Source of the DNA: a virus
Virus record (IMG/VR): IMGVR_UViG_3300046786_000157
Location: 57,220 to 121,219 of that record
Length of the DNA: 64,000 nt
Direction: 5' to 3' (one strand)
Position numbers and translations under genes: made by a program
Shown here: piece by piece, positions 20,954-29,012 of the stretch
Numbering within the stretch: the first letter of the stretch is position 1
Layout: every line of letters starts with the position of its first letter
Notes under the pieces: generated by a model
What the model was told of the DNA's origin: nothing
Databases searched by the model: none
Seen by the model: only the letters and a program-made list of their open reading frames with translations

Positions 20954-21395
20954 TATTGCTGTATGAAGCAAAGAGAAAAGTGTTCTGGACGCGGGTTCGA
21001 CTCCCGCCTGGTCCACCAAAAGTGATCTTATGAATGATAAAATGAAAATTTGTGTAGTGTGTGAGAACTACAATGAGCAGAATAAATCCTGTAAGTTGTG
21101 TGGGTGCTACATGCCTGCAAAAACATTAGTACCGTTCGTTAAATGCCCCGCAGGCAAATGGTAAGATTATTTCTGATGGGCCAGTCATGGTTTCGACAGG
21201 GCAAAGAGTAACAGAGTGGACAGCTCGGGAAAGCAGAACCCGTAGGATTGGTAGAATGATCTGAAGCAAGCTAGTCTTGACAGTAGGATTTTCCGGTCGT
21301 AGAAGCAAAAAACCATAAATGCAAACGATTCAGTTTACGCATTGGCTGCTTGATAAAAGCATCCTAGGGTAAGACATACCTAGTAACAGAAACTC
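20954..21395 (+). ncRNA. ssrA: Circularly permuted (two-piece) tmRNA: acceptor piece about 20954..21018, coding piece 21178..about 21395
   Basis: T-arm GCGGG-TTCGACT-CCCGC plus CTGGTCC-A-CCA (20991..21018) precedes the 5' end GGGCCAG-TCATGGTTTCGAC (21178). The 7-bp acceptor stem has G3:U70. Tag frame 21321..21353 = ANDSVYALAA-stop. Outer ends are estimated. Confidence 0.93.
21030..21164 (+). CDS. 44-aa Cys-rich peptide within the tmRNA intervening segment
   Basis: MNDKMKICVVCENYNEQNKSCKLCGCYMPAKTLVPFVKCPAGKW; CxxC..CxxCGC..CP..W metal-binding pattern. Confidence 0.75.
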   Translation: MNDKMKICVVCENYNEQNKSCKLCGCYMPAKTLVPFVKCPAGKW

Positions 21396-21397
21396 AA

Positions 21398-21424
21398 GAA
21401 AGGCTCTTCGGAGCCTTTCCTTTT
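21398..21424 (+). terminator. Rho-independent terminator after the tmRNA
   Basis: GAAAGGCTC-TTCG-GAGCCTTTC then CTTTT. Confidence 0.85.
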
Positions 21425-21436
21425 ATAAATATTTTA

Positions 21437-22411
21437 ATGAAAAACTTCTTTTGTCCTGCGCCGTGGCGCTCAATTTATTACCATGTAAACAAGTCTGCGG
21501 TGTGTTGCATTAGCTCTAAGAGATTAGACATGTCTCCTAATGAGTTTCTCAAGAGTGATTACTTAGAAAATTTAAAAACTAAATTTTTAAACAATGAGTT
21601 TGATGAAACATGCACTGGATGTAAGAGACTAGAAGATGCAGGACTACAAAGCATACGCCAACATATGGTTGCATTGTATGGTGAAGACATAACTCCTAAG
21701 ATAGATTACATGGAGTTAAGAACTAGCAACTTGTGCAACTTTCAATGTAGGATGTGTAATGCTGATAACAGTTCATTGATTGCAGGTGAAGTTCGTAACA
21801 TAACAGACAAAGACTGGGACGAGATATTAACTCTATCAGAAAATTTGAAATACTTGACGTTAACTGGTGGCGAACCATTGTTGATTAAACACTACTATCA
21901 ACTATTAGACCATTTAATAGAGAAGAATAGAACAGACATTGAACTAAGAATATACACAAATGCTAGCGTATACAATCCAGTCTTCATTGAAAAAATGTTA
22001 AAGTTTAATACGATTGTAAATCTAAGCATAGATGGAGTAGGAGAAACTGCTAGTACTCAGCGTGTAGGCACTGACTGGAACGTAGTCAATGAAAACATAC
22101 AAAAGTTTTTAGCCTTACCAGTTAAGGTAAAATTCCATTCTACCTTTACAGTTTTGTCTATAGTAGATGTACATTCATTAGCAGAGTATTTTGCTACGAT
22201 AGCAAAGACTAACCCGCACTGTGGTTTTTCTGCACATACTGCAATTCTTCCTAAGGACTTAACAATCTATGGTATAGATTCTTCTAGTGCGGTCACTGCA
22301 ATAGAAAGCATTGACAAGGCATTAGTAATATTGACTGATCCTAGATTTGGACAACTACGTAAGCAACTTATGTCGTACAGAACCATAATTGACAACAAAA
22401 CCAAAACGTGA
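21437..22411 (+). CDS. Radical SAM protein with N-terminal Cys cluster
   Basis: CNFQCRMC, LTGGEP; N-terminal FCPAPW..CC..CTGC. Confidence 0.88.
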   Translation: MKNFFCPAPWRSIYYHVNKSAVCCISSKRLDMSPNEFLKSDYLENLKTKFLNNEFDETCTGCKRLEDAGLQSIRQHMVALYGEDITPKIDYMELRTSNLCNFQCRMCNADNSSLIAGEVRNITDKDWDEILTLSENLKYLTLTGGEPLLIKHYYQLLDHLIEKNRTDIELRIYTNASVYNPVFIEKMLKFNTIVNLSIDGVGETASTQRVGTDWNVVNENIQKFLALPVKVKFHSTFTVLSIVDVHSLAEYFATIAKTNPHCGFSAHTAILPKDLTIYGIDSSSAVTAIESIDKALVILTDPRFGQLRKQLMSYRTIIDNKTKT

Positions 22412-22417
22412 TATCAT
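22389..22417 (+). promoter_or_regulatory. Early-type sigma70 promoter (probably leaderless transcript)
   Basis: TTGACA-N17-TATCAT, 6 nt before ATG 22424. Confidence 0.7.
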
Positions 22418-22423
22418 GTCGTT

Positions 22424-22672
22424 ATGAAAATTAAATACGCTGTTGATTTCCAAGAACTAGAGTTAAAACGTGAACTAGACTCTGTTGGCTACAACCCTGA
22501 CTTGAAAAAAATGTACGCTAACATTGCTACTATGGTCACTGAGTTGAGCAAAATGGAAGTGTCTGCACGTAGACTGAATAAAGATACTTACACACAACCG
22601 CATGTTGACAAGATCAACCAAGCAATAGATCATTTAGAAAAATTGATTCTGATGGCAAAACTAATGCGATAA
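22424..22672 (+). CDS. Hypothetical helical protein
   Basis: 82-aa ORF between promoter cassettes. Confidence 0.7.
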   Translation: MKIKYAVDFQELELKRELDSVGYNPDLKKMYANIATMVTELSKMEVSARRLNKDTYTQPHVDKINQAIDHLEKLILMAKLMR

Positions 22673-22673
22673 T

Positions 22674-22702
22674 TTGACAATAAAACCCATTTGTGCTATA
22701 CT
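22674..22702 (+). promoter_or_regulatory. Early promoter cassette
   Basis: TTGACAATAAAA..TATACT, 17-nt spacer. Confidence 0.8.
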
Positions 22703-22730
22703 ATTGTTAACTAGTAAATCGGACTACAAA

Positions 22731-23141
22731 ATGGAATTCAAAGTAGAAGGCAGTCGCCGAAACAAAAAGTTCATTGAGGCAATACTACCCTCAATGTTCA
22801 AACAATTGAATCTTGAAAATAGTACTAAAGCAGTAGTCATTCGTGTAGCTGATGAATGCGGTACAAATAGTGGTGCAACTATTGACCTCAGTGAAGCTAC
22901 CGGATGTTACATGGTAATCATCAAACCTCACCGCAATCTTAAAGATATCGGTCTGACACTTGCACATGAAATGGTTCACGTAAAGCAATTGGCCAAGGGC
23001 ACGTTGAAGAATCGTAAAACAGGGTCTTACGTGTGGGCCGGCAAACGGTACAGTAAAAAAACTGCATACTTAAGTATGCCCTGGGAAATTGAAGCCTTCA
23101 GTCGTCAGGAGCTGATTCTACGGCGTGCGATTGAGGAATAA
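22731..23141 (+). CDS. Zinc metallopeptidase-like protein (HExxH)
   Basis: LAHEMVHVKQ..PWEIEA; start moved to ATG 22731 because the TTG at 22674 is the -35 box. Confidence 0.75.
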   Translation: MEFKVEGSRRNKKFIEAILPSMFKQLNLENSTKAVVIRVADECGTNSGATIDLSEATGCYMVIIKPHRNLKDIGLTLAHEMVHVKQLAKGTLKNRKTGSYVWAGKRYSKKTAYLSMPWEIEAFSRQELILRRAIEE

Positions 23142-23145
23142 AAAT

Positions 23146-23207
23146 TTGACAATAAATCCAAACTCTGATACAATACTTGTATTGACACTGAAATCAAGGA
23201 CAAACAA
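23146..23207 (+). promoter_or_regulatory. Early promoter/RBS cassette, near-duplicate of 47196..47255
   Basis: TTGACAATAAAT-N11-TACAAT-ACTTGTATTGACACTGAAATCAAGGA. Confidence 0.85.
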
Positions 23208-23513
23208 ATGGCTCTCACTCCCCTCACTGAACGTCAAAAAACTCTGATTGTTTCCAACGTTCTCAAAGCAGTTAAGAACATTGACAACCTGAACAAGACA
23301 GGTTACAACTTTGTTTATCAGTGTTCGGGCTTTATTGCACACTATGACCTGTATGGTTTCATTGCAAGCTACACAGGTGAATCATTGAAGCGTGACCTCA
23401 TTTCGTATGCAGGTCAAAATCAGTGGAACAACTTTCGTCCCGGTGAACGTGACTATGAGTACATGATGGCAAAGAAGGATGTGTACAACCGCATCGTTGC
23501 CCAAATTGTGTAA
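23208..23513 (+). CDS. Hypothetical protein
   Basis: 101-aa ORF with AAGGA RBS. Confidence 0.75.
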   Translation: MALTPLTERQKTLIVSNVLKAVKNIDNLNKTGYNFVYQCSGFIAHYDLYGFIASYTGESLKRDLISYAGQNQWNNFRPGERDYEYMMAKKDVYNRIVAQIV

Positions 23514-23520
23514 AATAAAT

Positions 23521-23549
23521 TTGACGATAAATCAAATCTCTGTTACACT
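23521..23549 (+). promoter_or_regulatory. Early promoter cassette
   Basis: TTGACGATAAAT..TACACT, 17-nt spacer. Confidence 0.75.
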
Positions 23550-23599
23550 ACAGTTTCTTTCTTTTTAACACACTTTCATTTTTTTTTTAGGAGCATCAA

Positions 23600-24703
23600 A
23601 TGGCATCAGTAGTTTCTGACAATCTGACTATCACCTCAGTCCAAGTTCGCAAAGCACTCTTGACTGCATTCAAAGCAAAACGTCCCGTCTTCTTGTGGGG
23701 CCCTCCCGGCATCGGCAAATCTGAGGTTGTTGCAGAAGTTGCGGCAGAACTAAACGGTCCTGTCATTGACTTGCGTATGGCACAGATGGAGCCTACTGAC
23801 ATTCGAGGTATCCCGTATTTTAATAAAGACGTTAACAAGATGGATTGGGCTGAGCCTGTCGATCTGCCTAGCGAAGAATTTGCAAGCAAGCATCCCATCG
23901 TTGTTTTGTTTCTTGACGAAATGAACAGTGCGCCACCTGCAGTGCAGGCAGCAGGTTATCAGTTGATTCTGAACCGTCGTGTTGGTAAGTACAACTTGCC
24001 TGATAACGTTGTTATTGTTGCGGCAGGTAATCGTGACAGTGACAAAGGTGTTACATATCGTATGCCGATGCCCCTCGCTAATCGTTTCGTTCACGTTGAA
24101 ATGCGAGCCGATTTTGCTTCTTGGCAAAACTGGGCTGTGAACAAAGGCATTCACAAAGACGTTGTTGGTTACTTGTCTTTCGCTAAACAAGACTTGTACG
24201 ACTTTGATAGCAAATCTGCATCACGTGCGTTTGCTACCCCACGTAGCTGGTGCTTTGTCTCTGACTTGCTGAATGATGAGGCAAACGTTGACAATGATAC
24301 ATTGTTCAACTTGGTTGCAGGTGCAGTTGGTGAAGGTCTTGCAGTTAAGTTTCAAGCGCACCGCAAGATTGCAGGCAAGATGCCCGAGCCAACTGACATT
24401 CTCAGTGGCAAAGTCACTGACTTGTCTGTGAAAGAAATTTCTGCAATGTACTCTCTTACAATTTCTATGTGTTACGAATTGCGTGACTCTATTGAAAACA
24501 AGAAAGTCAATAGCAAAGAGTTTCACGTTATGGCAGATAACTTCTTCAACTACATCATGAAGAACTTTGAAACTGAACTGGTTGTTATGGGTGCAAAGAT
24601 TGCACTGAAAACATACAAGCTCCCGATTGAGCCTTCTCAATTGAAGAACTTTGACGAATTCCACAAGAAGTACGGTAAGTACATCGTGGAGGCAGGTAAC
24701 TAA
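23600..24703 (+). CDS. MoxR-like AAA+ ATPase
   Basis: GPPGIGKS, LFLDEMN, AAGNR, LANRF, ATPRSW. Confidence 0.9.
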   Translation: MASVVSDNLTITSVQVRKALLTAFKAKRPVFLWGPPGIGKSEVVAEVAAELNGPVIDLRMAQMEPTDIRGIPYFNKDVNKMDWAEPVDLPSEEFASKHPIVVLFLDEMNSAPPAVQAAGYQLILNRRVGKYNLPDNVVIVAAGNRDSDKGVTYRMPMPLANRFVHVEMRADFASWQNWAVNKGIHKDVVGYLSFAKQDLYDFDSKSASRAFATPRSWCFVSDLLNDEANVDNDTLFNLVAGAVGEGLAVKFQAHRKIAGKMPEPTDILSGKVTDLSVKEISAMYSLTISMCYELRDSIENKKVNSKEFHVMADNFFNYIMKNFETELVVMGAKIALKTYKLPIEPSQLKNFDEFHKKYGKYIVEAGN

Positions 24704-24720
24704 TCAGTTACTTGTCTTAT

Positions 24721-24754
24721 AGGGTGAGTGTATCATTATGCTCACCCTTTTTTT
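24721..24754 (+). terminator. Rho-independent terminator
   Basis: AGGGTGAGT..GCTCACCCT followed by a T-run. Confidence 0.75.
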
Positions 24755-24767
24755 AATAAGGATTATT

Positions 24768-24920
24768 ATGTCAGGTAAAAAGTATTTCTATGCTCTTGGT
24801 CAAAGTGCCCGAGCGAAGGGTTTCACTAAGGATCAAGGTATGACCTTGTACGCTATTGAAGCCGCACAACCTTATGCACGAATTGCATTTGATGCAGGCT
24901 ACAGAGGATTAAGCCTATGA
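24768..24920 (+). CDS. Small hypothetical protein (MSGKKYFY...)
   Basis: AAGGA RBS before ATG 24768; ATGA overlap with the next gene. Confidence 0.65.
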   Translation: MSGKKYFYALGQSARAKGFTKDQGMTLYAIEAAQPYARIAFDAGYRGLSL

Positions 24921-25186
24921 CAGAAAAAAAGAAAATGGAAGTTGTGTTTGCCCCTGGATGCTTTGACAACTTTGATGGTACACAGGAAGAATTGGATCAA
25001 TTGATTAAAGAGATCCAAGAAGGTGTAGACAACGGAACGTTGTTTGAAAAATCTAGCGCAGTGTCCATTGAATCTTTGCTTGAAGAATTGAGCGAGGAAG
25101 AAGTCGAAGGACTATTAAATACACTTGAACTTTTGGAAGACGAGGACCTTACTGACCTTGATCGCCCTAATCGAACATTGCAATAA
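24917..25186 (+). CDS. Acidic hypothetical protein
   Basis: 89-aa ORF, translationally coupled. Confidence 0.7.
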   Translation: MTEKKKMEVVFAPGCFDNFDGTQEELDQLIKEIQEGVDNGTLFEKSSAVSIESLLEELSEEEVEGLLNTLELLEDEDLTDLDRPNRTLQ

Positions 25187-25187
25187 T

Positions 25188-25216
25188 TTGACAATAAATC
25201 ACGGCTGTGCTATAAT
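25188..25216 (+). promoter_or_regulatory. Early promoter cassette
   Basis: TTGACAATAAAT..TATAAT, 17-nt spacer. Confidence 0.85.
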
Positions 25217-25240
25217 GTTAGTAACAGTTAAGGAGTATAC

Positions 25241-26524
25241 ATGAGCGCAGTAATTGACAAATCTAAATCTAAAAAAACACGTAGCGATAAGTTTGAGAAA
25301 CTTGTCGGACCCACTGATCCCAAAGTTGACCACGATGCACGTGAGCGACTAGTCACCGCACGTATCGGCTTGCTATTGCGTCAATCATTCTTTGGTAATC
25401 TCGCAACCCGATTGACTCTTATCAATGCTGATGACTGGTGCTCTACTGCGGCAACTGACGGTCTCAAATTCTATTACAACAGCCGTTTCATTATGATGCT
25501 CAAACCCAAAGAGGTTGAGTTTCTTGTGGGTCATGAAGTGTTGCACGTTGTCTACGATCACATGGGTCGCCGAGGCAATCGTGATCCTCAAATCTGGAAC
25601 ATTGCTGATGACTATGCAGTTAACGCAGACTTGAAGCGACACAAAGTTGGTCAATTCATTACTACAGTACCTTGCTTGTACGAACAAAAGTATGACGGCA
25701 AAGCGGCTGAGGAAATCTATGATGACCTCATGAAAAACGTTCAAAAGATTGATATCAATAGTCTGATTGACCAGATGATTGACGATCACATGGATGGTGA
25801 GGGAGAAGGTGATGGTGACGGTGATGGAGATCAAGAAGGCAAAGGTAAGCGTCCCAAAATGTCTCCTGAAGAACGTGAACGTGTGCGTCAGGAAGTTAAG
25901 CAAGCAATTATCAGTGCCGCACAAAGTGCAGAAGCAGGTCAACTGCCCGCAGGTGTCGAACGTCTGATTCGTCAACACACTAACCCAGTCATGCCCTGGC
26001 GTGAACTGATTCAGTCAAATTTGACTAGTGCAATTCGTACTGACTTTTCTTGGATGCGCCCTTCACGTAGAAGTTGGCATATGGATGCTATCATGCCCGG
26101 CATGACTCCCGGCGAAGAAATTGATGTTGTCGTTGCTATTGACATGAGTGGCTCTATCTCTAACAAGCAAGCACAAGCTTTCTTGGGTGAGATTGGTGGC
26201 ATGATGGAATCGTTTGATGGATATAAGGTCCATGTATTCTGTTTTGATACTGATATTTACAACCCACAAGATTTCAATAGCGAATCAATGGATACTATTG
26301 ATGCGTATGAGCCAATGGGCGGTGGTGGTACAGACTTTGATGCTATCTTTGATTACTTGAAGAAAGTAGGCAATGTACCCAAGCGACTTATTTGTTTCAC
26401 TGACGGCTACCCTTGTGGTAGTTGGGGTGATGCAGATTACTGCGATACGACATGGATCATTCATGGTGATCCTAATCCGAATCCCCCATTCGGTACGTAT
26501 GCTCTTTATGATGATAAAGGTTAA
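25241..26524 (+). CDS. Metallopeptidase-vWA domain protein (DUF2201-like), likely partner of the MoxR ATPase
   Basis: TAATDG, GHEVLH (HExxH), IDMSGS MIDAS, GGGGTDF, FTDG. Confidence 0.85.
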   Translation: MSAVIDKSKSKKTRSDKFEKLVGPTDPKVDHDARERLVTARIGLLLRQSFFGNLATRLTLINADDWCSTAATDGLKFYYNSRFIMMLKPKEVEFLVGHEVLHVVYDHMGRRGNRDPQIWNIADDYAVNADLKRHKVGQFITTVPCLYEQKYDGKAAEEIYDDLMKNVQKIDINSLIDQMIDDHMDGEGEGDGDGDGDQEGKGKRPKMSPEERERVRQEVKQAIISAAQSAEAGQLPAGVERLIRQHTNPVMPWRELIQSNLTSAIRTDFSWMRPSRRSWHMDAIMPGMTPGEEIDVVVAIDMSGSISNKQAQAFLGEIGGMMESFDGYKVHVFCFDTDIYNPQDFNSESMDTIDAYEPMGGGGTDFDAIFDYLKKVGNVPKRLICFTDGYPCGSWGDADYCDTTWIIHGDPNPNPPFGTYALYDDKG

Positions 26525-26526
26525 TT

Positions 26527-26646
26527 ATGGAAGCATTGCATACAATTGGCTACGCCGTTCTACTAGCGGCAGTGATCGGAGTACTATACTTATTTGGTAA
26601 AGTACTCTGGTCAGGATTCAAAGCCGTTAAACAGAATGATGATTAA
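26527..26646 (+). CDS. 39-aa single-pass membrane peptide, not in ORF track
   Basis: MEALHTIGYAVLLAAVIGVLYLFGKVLWSGFKAVKQNDD fills the gap after the vWA gene. Confidence 0.6.
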   Translation: MEALHTIGYAVLLAAVIGVLYLFGKVLWSGFKAVKQNDD

Positions 26647-26881
26647 GTCTAGTGAAGAAATAATCATTTACGAAAGCCCAGATGGTGGCAAGACAGTCTA
26701 CTCCCGCAAGTCGGGAGAGCCTGCTTCTTCTCGTACATTACATAGCATTGATCCTGCTTATAAAAGAGAACAAGAATTAACAGCACGTTGGGCTAAATTA
26801 AAAGAAGCAGTGATGATGGATGATCCTGTTATTAATGATTACATTGAAAAAATTGAAATACTATTGGAGCTAAAACGATGA
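26636..26881 (+). CDS. Hypothetical protein
   Basis: IIYESPDGGKTVYSRK; start uncertain. Confidence 0.65.
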   Translation: MMIKSSEEIIIYESPDGGKTVYSRKSGEPASSRTLHSIDPAYKREQELTARWAKLKEAVMMDDPVINDYIEKIEILLELKR

Positions 26882-27297
26882 AACTAATTGGTCTTAGTCT
26901 TGGTGGTTGTTTGCGTAGTCTTATGGTAGGTGAAGTGTCCGAGGATGATGTTGTGTTCATTGTAACTCGCACAAATTGCCCTGAGTTCCACCAATACATT
27001 GCTGTAGTTGAGCAGTATCATAAACAAGGAAATCCCTACTCTCGTAATTCTGATAGATACGAATTGAATAATTTCCCACTCGACAAAGTAACTGACTTGG
27101 CAATTCGTTTGTGGAACAATGGTAGGATTCATCAACCGCGTATTTTTACAAGTGGGTCTGGAGTAGAGTATACTCACCCTGTTGAGTACGGTGATGGATT
27201 GTGGATGGAAATAGTTCCTTCTAATCGTAACACTAATCCTGCGGTTATTGAAGCCTATGAAAAATATAAGATGTTGGATAACTTGACTCGTGATTGA
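26878..27297 (+). CDS. Hypothetical protein
   Basis: 139-aa ORF, ATGA-coupled. Confidence 0.7.
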   Translation: MKLIGLSLGGCLRSLMVGEVSEDDVVFIVTRTNCPEFHQYIAVVEQYHKQGNPYSRNSDRYELNNFPLDKVTDLAIRLWNNGRIHQPRIFTSGSGVEYTHPVEYGDGLWMEIVPSNRNTNPAVIEAYEKYKMLDNLTRD

Positions 27298-27544
27298 AAA
27301 TGAAATTAATCCACAAGTATGGTTTGGTAGTAGAGAACTAGACTTTACTCCCAAACACTTTGTTCTCGCCAAGACTAAACTATCAATCGAATCTAAAACT
27401 TGGATTTTAAATAAACTTTCGGGTAGATTCTCACTAGTTCAATACACTGACGATTCTACTGACTTTTTTATAACAGGAGACAGTTGTTTTCCTGCATTTG
27501 AAGACCCTGCAGAAGCTGTTTTGTACGAATTATACTGGTCGTAA
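27290..27544 (+). CDS. Small protein, outlying member of the F.D..EA..Y.L.W paralog family
   Basis: C-terminus PAFEDPAEAVLYELYWS. Confidence 0.65.
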   Translation: MIENEINPQVWFGSRELDFTPKHFVLAKTKLSIESKTWILNKLSGRFSLVQYTDDSTDFFITGDSCFPAFEDPAEAVLYELYWS

Positions 27545-27607
27545 ATAAAATTTTTAACTAGCATAAATCTAGTTAAATACTTTCGTAAATCTTAGTAGGA
27601 GAATAAT

Positions 27608-28267
27608 ATGAGTTTTTTACGACATGTAGGTAAACACGGTGATCGCAAGGTAGCAGTCATTTTTAGAGAGGTCCCGGGCGAACCTCACATGTGTTTAGTT
27701 TCATATACCGAAACAATAAATCAGCACATTCACGATCCATTGATTCGTTGCATTGAATCTGATATTGGTCAGAATAGTGAAAATCTAGCTGACGCACTTA
27801 ATCGCACATACACACAAGATGGTAAGCCCATTTTGCAAACACTTCACTTTGAAGGTCAGTTGAAAAAGGTTCAAACTAACCTTATCGTCATGACACCTCA
27901 ACCTAACACACGTATTAAGTTAGATGAATTGAATAAGATTCTTAATGAGATGAAACAGGGTGAGGATGCTGTTAAACGACTAGCTGAATTAGATTCTAGC
28001 CGCGGATTGCAAGATCCTGCTGACGTTGCACGTAGATTGCGTGGAGACAAAATGCCTCCTGTTACTAACGTATCAGACGGTGCTTTGGGTGATAACGACT
28101 TGGCAAACAATTTTAGAGCGCAAGCTGAGAAGATGAATGCCGAGGCTAAAGGCTTGATGGCTGAAGCTCAACGTTTGATGAAGGAAGCGGCTGCTATGGA
28201 TCCTCCAGTAGTAGAAGCTCCTAAGGCAAAAAGAGCATATAACAAAAAAGCAAAAGTTAGTGCATAA
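27608..28267 (+). CDS. Hypothetical protein
   Basis: TAAATA motif and AGGAG RBS upstream; 219 aa. Confidence 0.75.
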   Translation: MSFLRHVGKHGDRKVAVIFREVPGEPHMCLVSYTETINQHIHDPLIRCIESDIGQNSENLADALNRTYTQDGKPILQTLHFEGQLKKVQTNLIVMTPQPNTRIKLDELNKILNEMKQGEDAVKRLAELDSSRGLQDPADVARRLRGDKMPPVTNVSDGALGDNDLANNFRAQAEKMNAEAKGLMAEAQRLMKEAAAMDPPVVEAPKAKRAYNKKAKVSA

Positions 28268-28563
28268 TGAGTCCAGAGTTTATTCAGAAGTGGGAACACA
28301 TTCTTGAAGACGTTGAAAAGCAAAAAGTACCCATACAGTTTATTAAGAAATTAATTATTAAACTGGAGGGTAAAAGACAGCAAACAATCAACATCCAAAA
28401 GTTTTTAAGTCAAGGACTTGACCCAGAACAAATAGAAGAAGCAGTTAGTAGAAAGCTAAACGAATTAGATGACCTAGTCACTAGCGTAGAGTTTATATTA
28501 GATGTACAAAGTATCGCCGAGACTGTTCAACCGGAGACTGATAGGTTATTGAATAAATTATGA
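28267..28563 (+). CDS. Hypothetical protein
   Basis: 98 aa, coupled. Confidence 0.7.
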   Translation: MSPEFIQKWEHILEDVEKQKVPIQFIKKLIIKLEGKRQQTINIQKFLSQGLDPEQIEEAVSRKLNELDDLVTSVEFILDVQSIAETVQPETDRLLNKL

Positions 28564-29012
28564 AATTAATTATAGCTTGTGATCCTAAAGGAGGAATAGG
28601 CTTTGATGGTAAATTGCCCTGGACTAACCTTCAGGGCGATTTGCCAAGATTCAAGGCATTGACTACTGGTAAAGTCATACTCATGGGAAGAAATACATGG
28701 GATAGCTTACCCAAGAAACCGTTACCTAATCGTATCAATGTAGTAGTTACTAGCAAAGACATAGAAGGTATTACTACGTTAACTAGCTTACCGGAAAGAG
28801 ATACTATGGACTTGAATGATGTGTGGTTAATCGGTGGTGCAAAGTTAATTAATACTAGCTGGCACCTTATTGATGAAATATATCTATCGAGAACATTTAC
28901 CGAATACACTTGTGATACTTTCGTAGATATAGTAAAATTACAAAACGAGTTCATGTGTTGGTTTAAAGAAGACTATACAGACCACTCGTATGAAATTTGG
29001 AAACGAAAATGA
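28560..29012 (+). CDS. folA: Dihydrofolate reductase
   Basis: IG..GKLPW..DL.RFK..T.GK..LMGRNTWDSLP.KPLPNR.N; IGGA. Confidence 0.95.
   Translation: MKLIIACDPKGGIGFDGKLPWTNLQGDLPRFKALTTGKVILMGRNTWDSLPKKPLPNRINVVVTSKDIEGITTLTSLPERDTMDLNDVWLIGGAKLINTSWHLIDEIYLSRTFTEYTCDTFVDIVKLQNEFMCWFKEDYTDHSYEIWKRK

Noticed and set aside
20991-21018. Stand-alone tRNA gene
   Set aside because: There is no D-arm or anticodon arm upstream; the element is the acceptor piece of the tmRNA
21030-21164. Six-Cys 44-aa peptide as a SCIFF/ranthipeptide precursor for the neighbouring radical SAM
   Set aside because: Cys count and length fit by coincidence; the spacing (CxxC..CxxCGC..CP..W) is a metal-binding pattern unlike SCIFF. 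Not excluded experimentally
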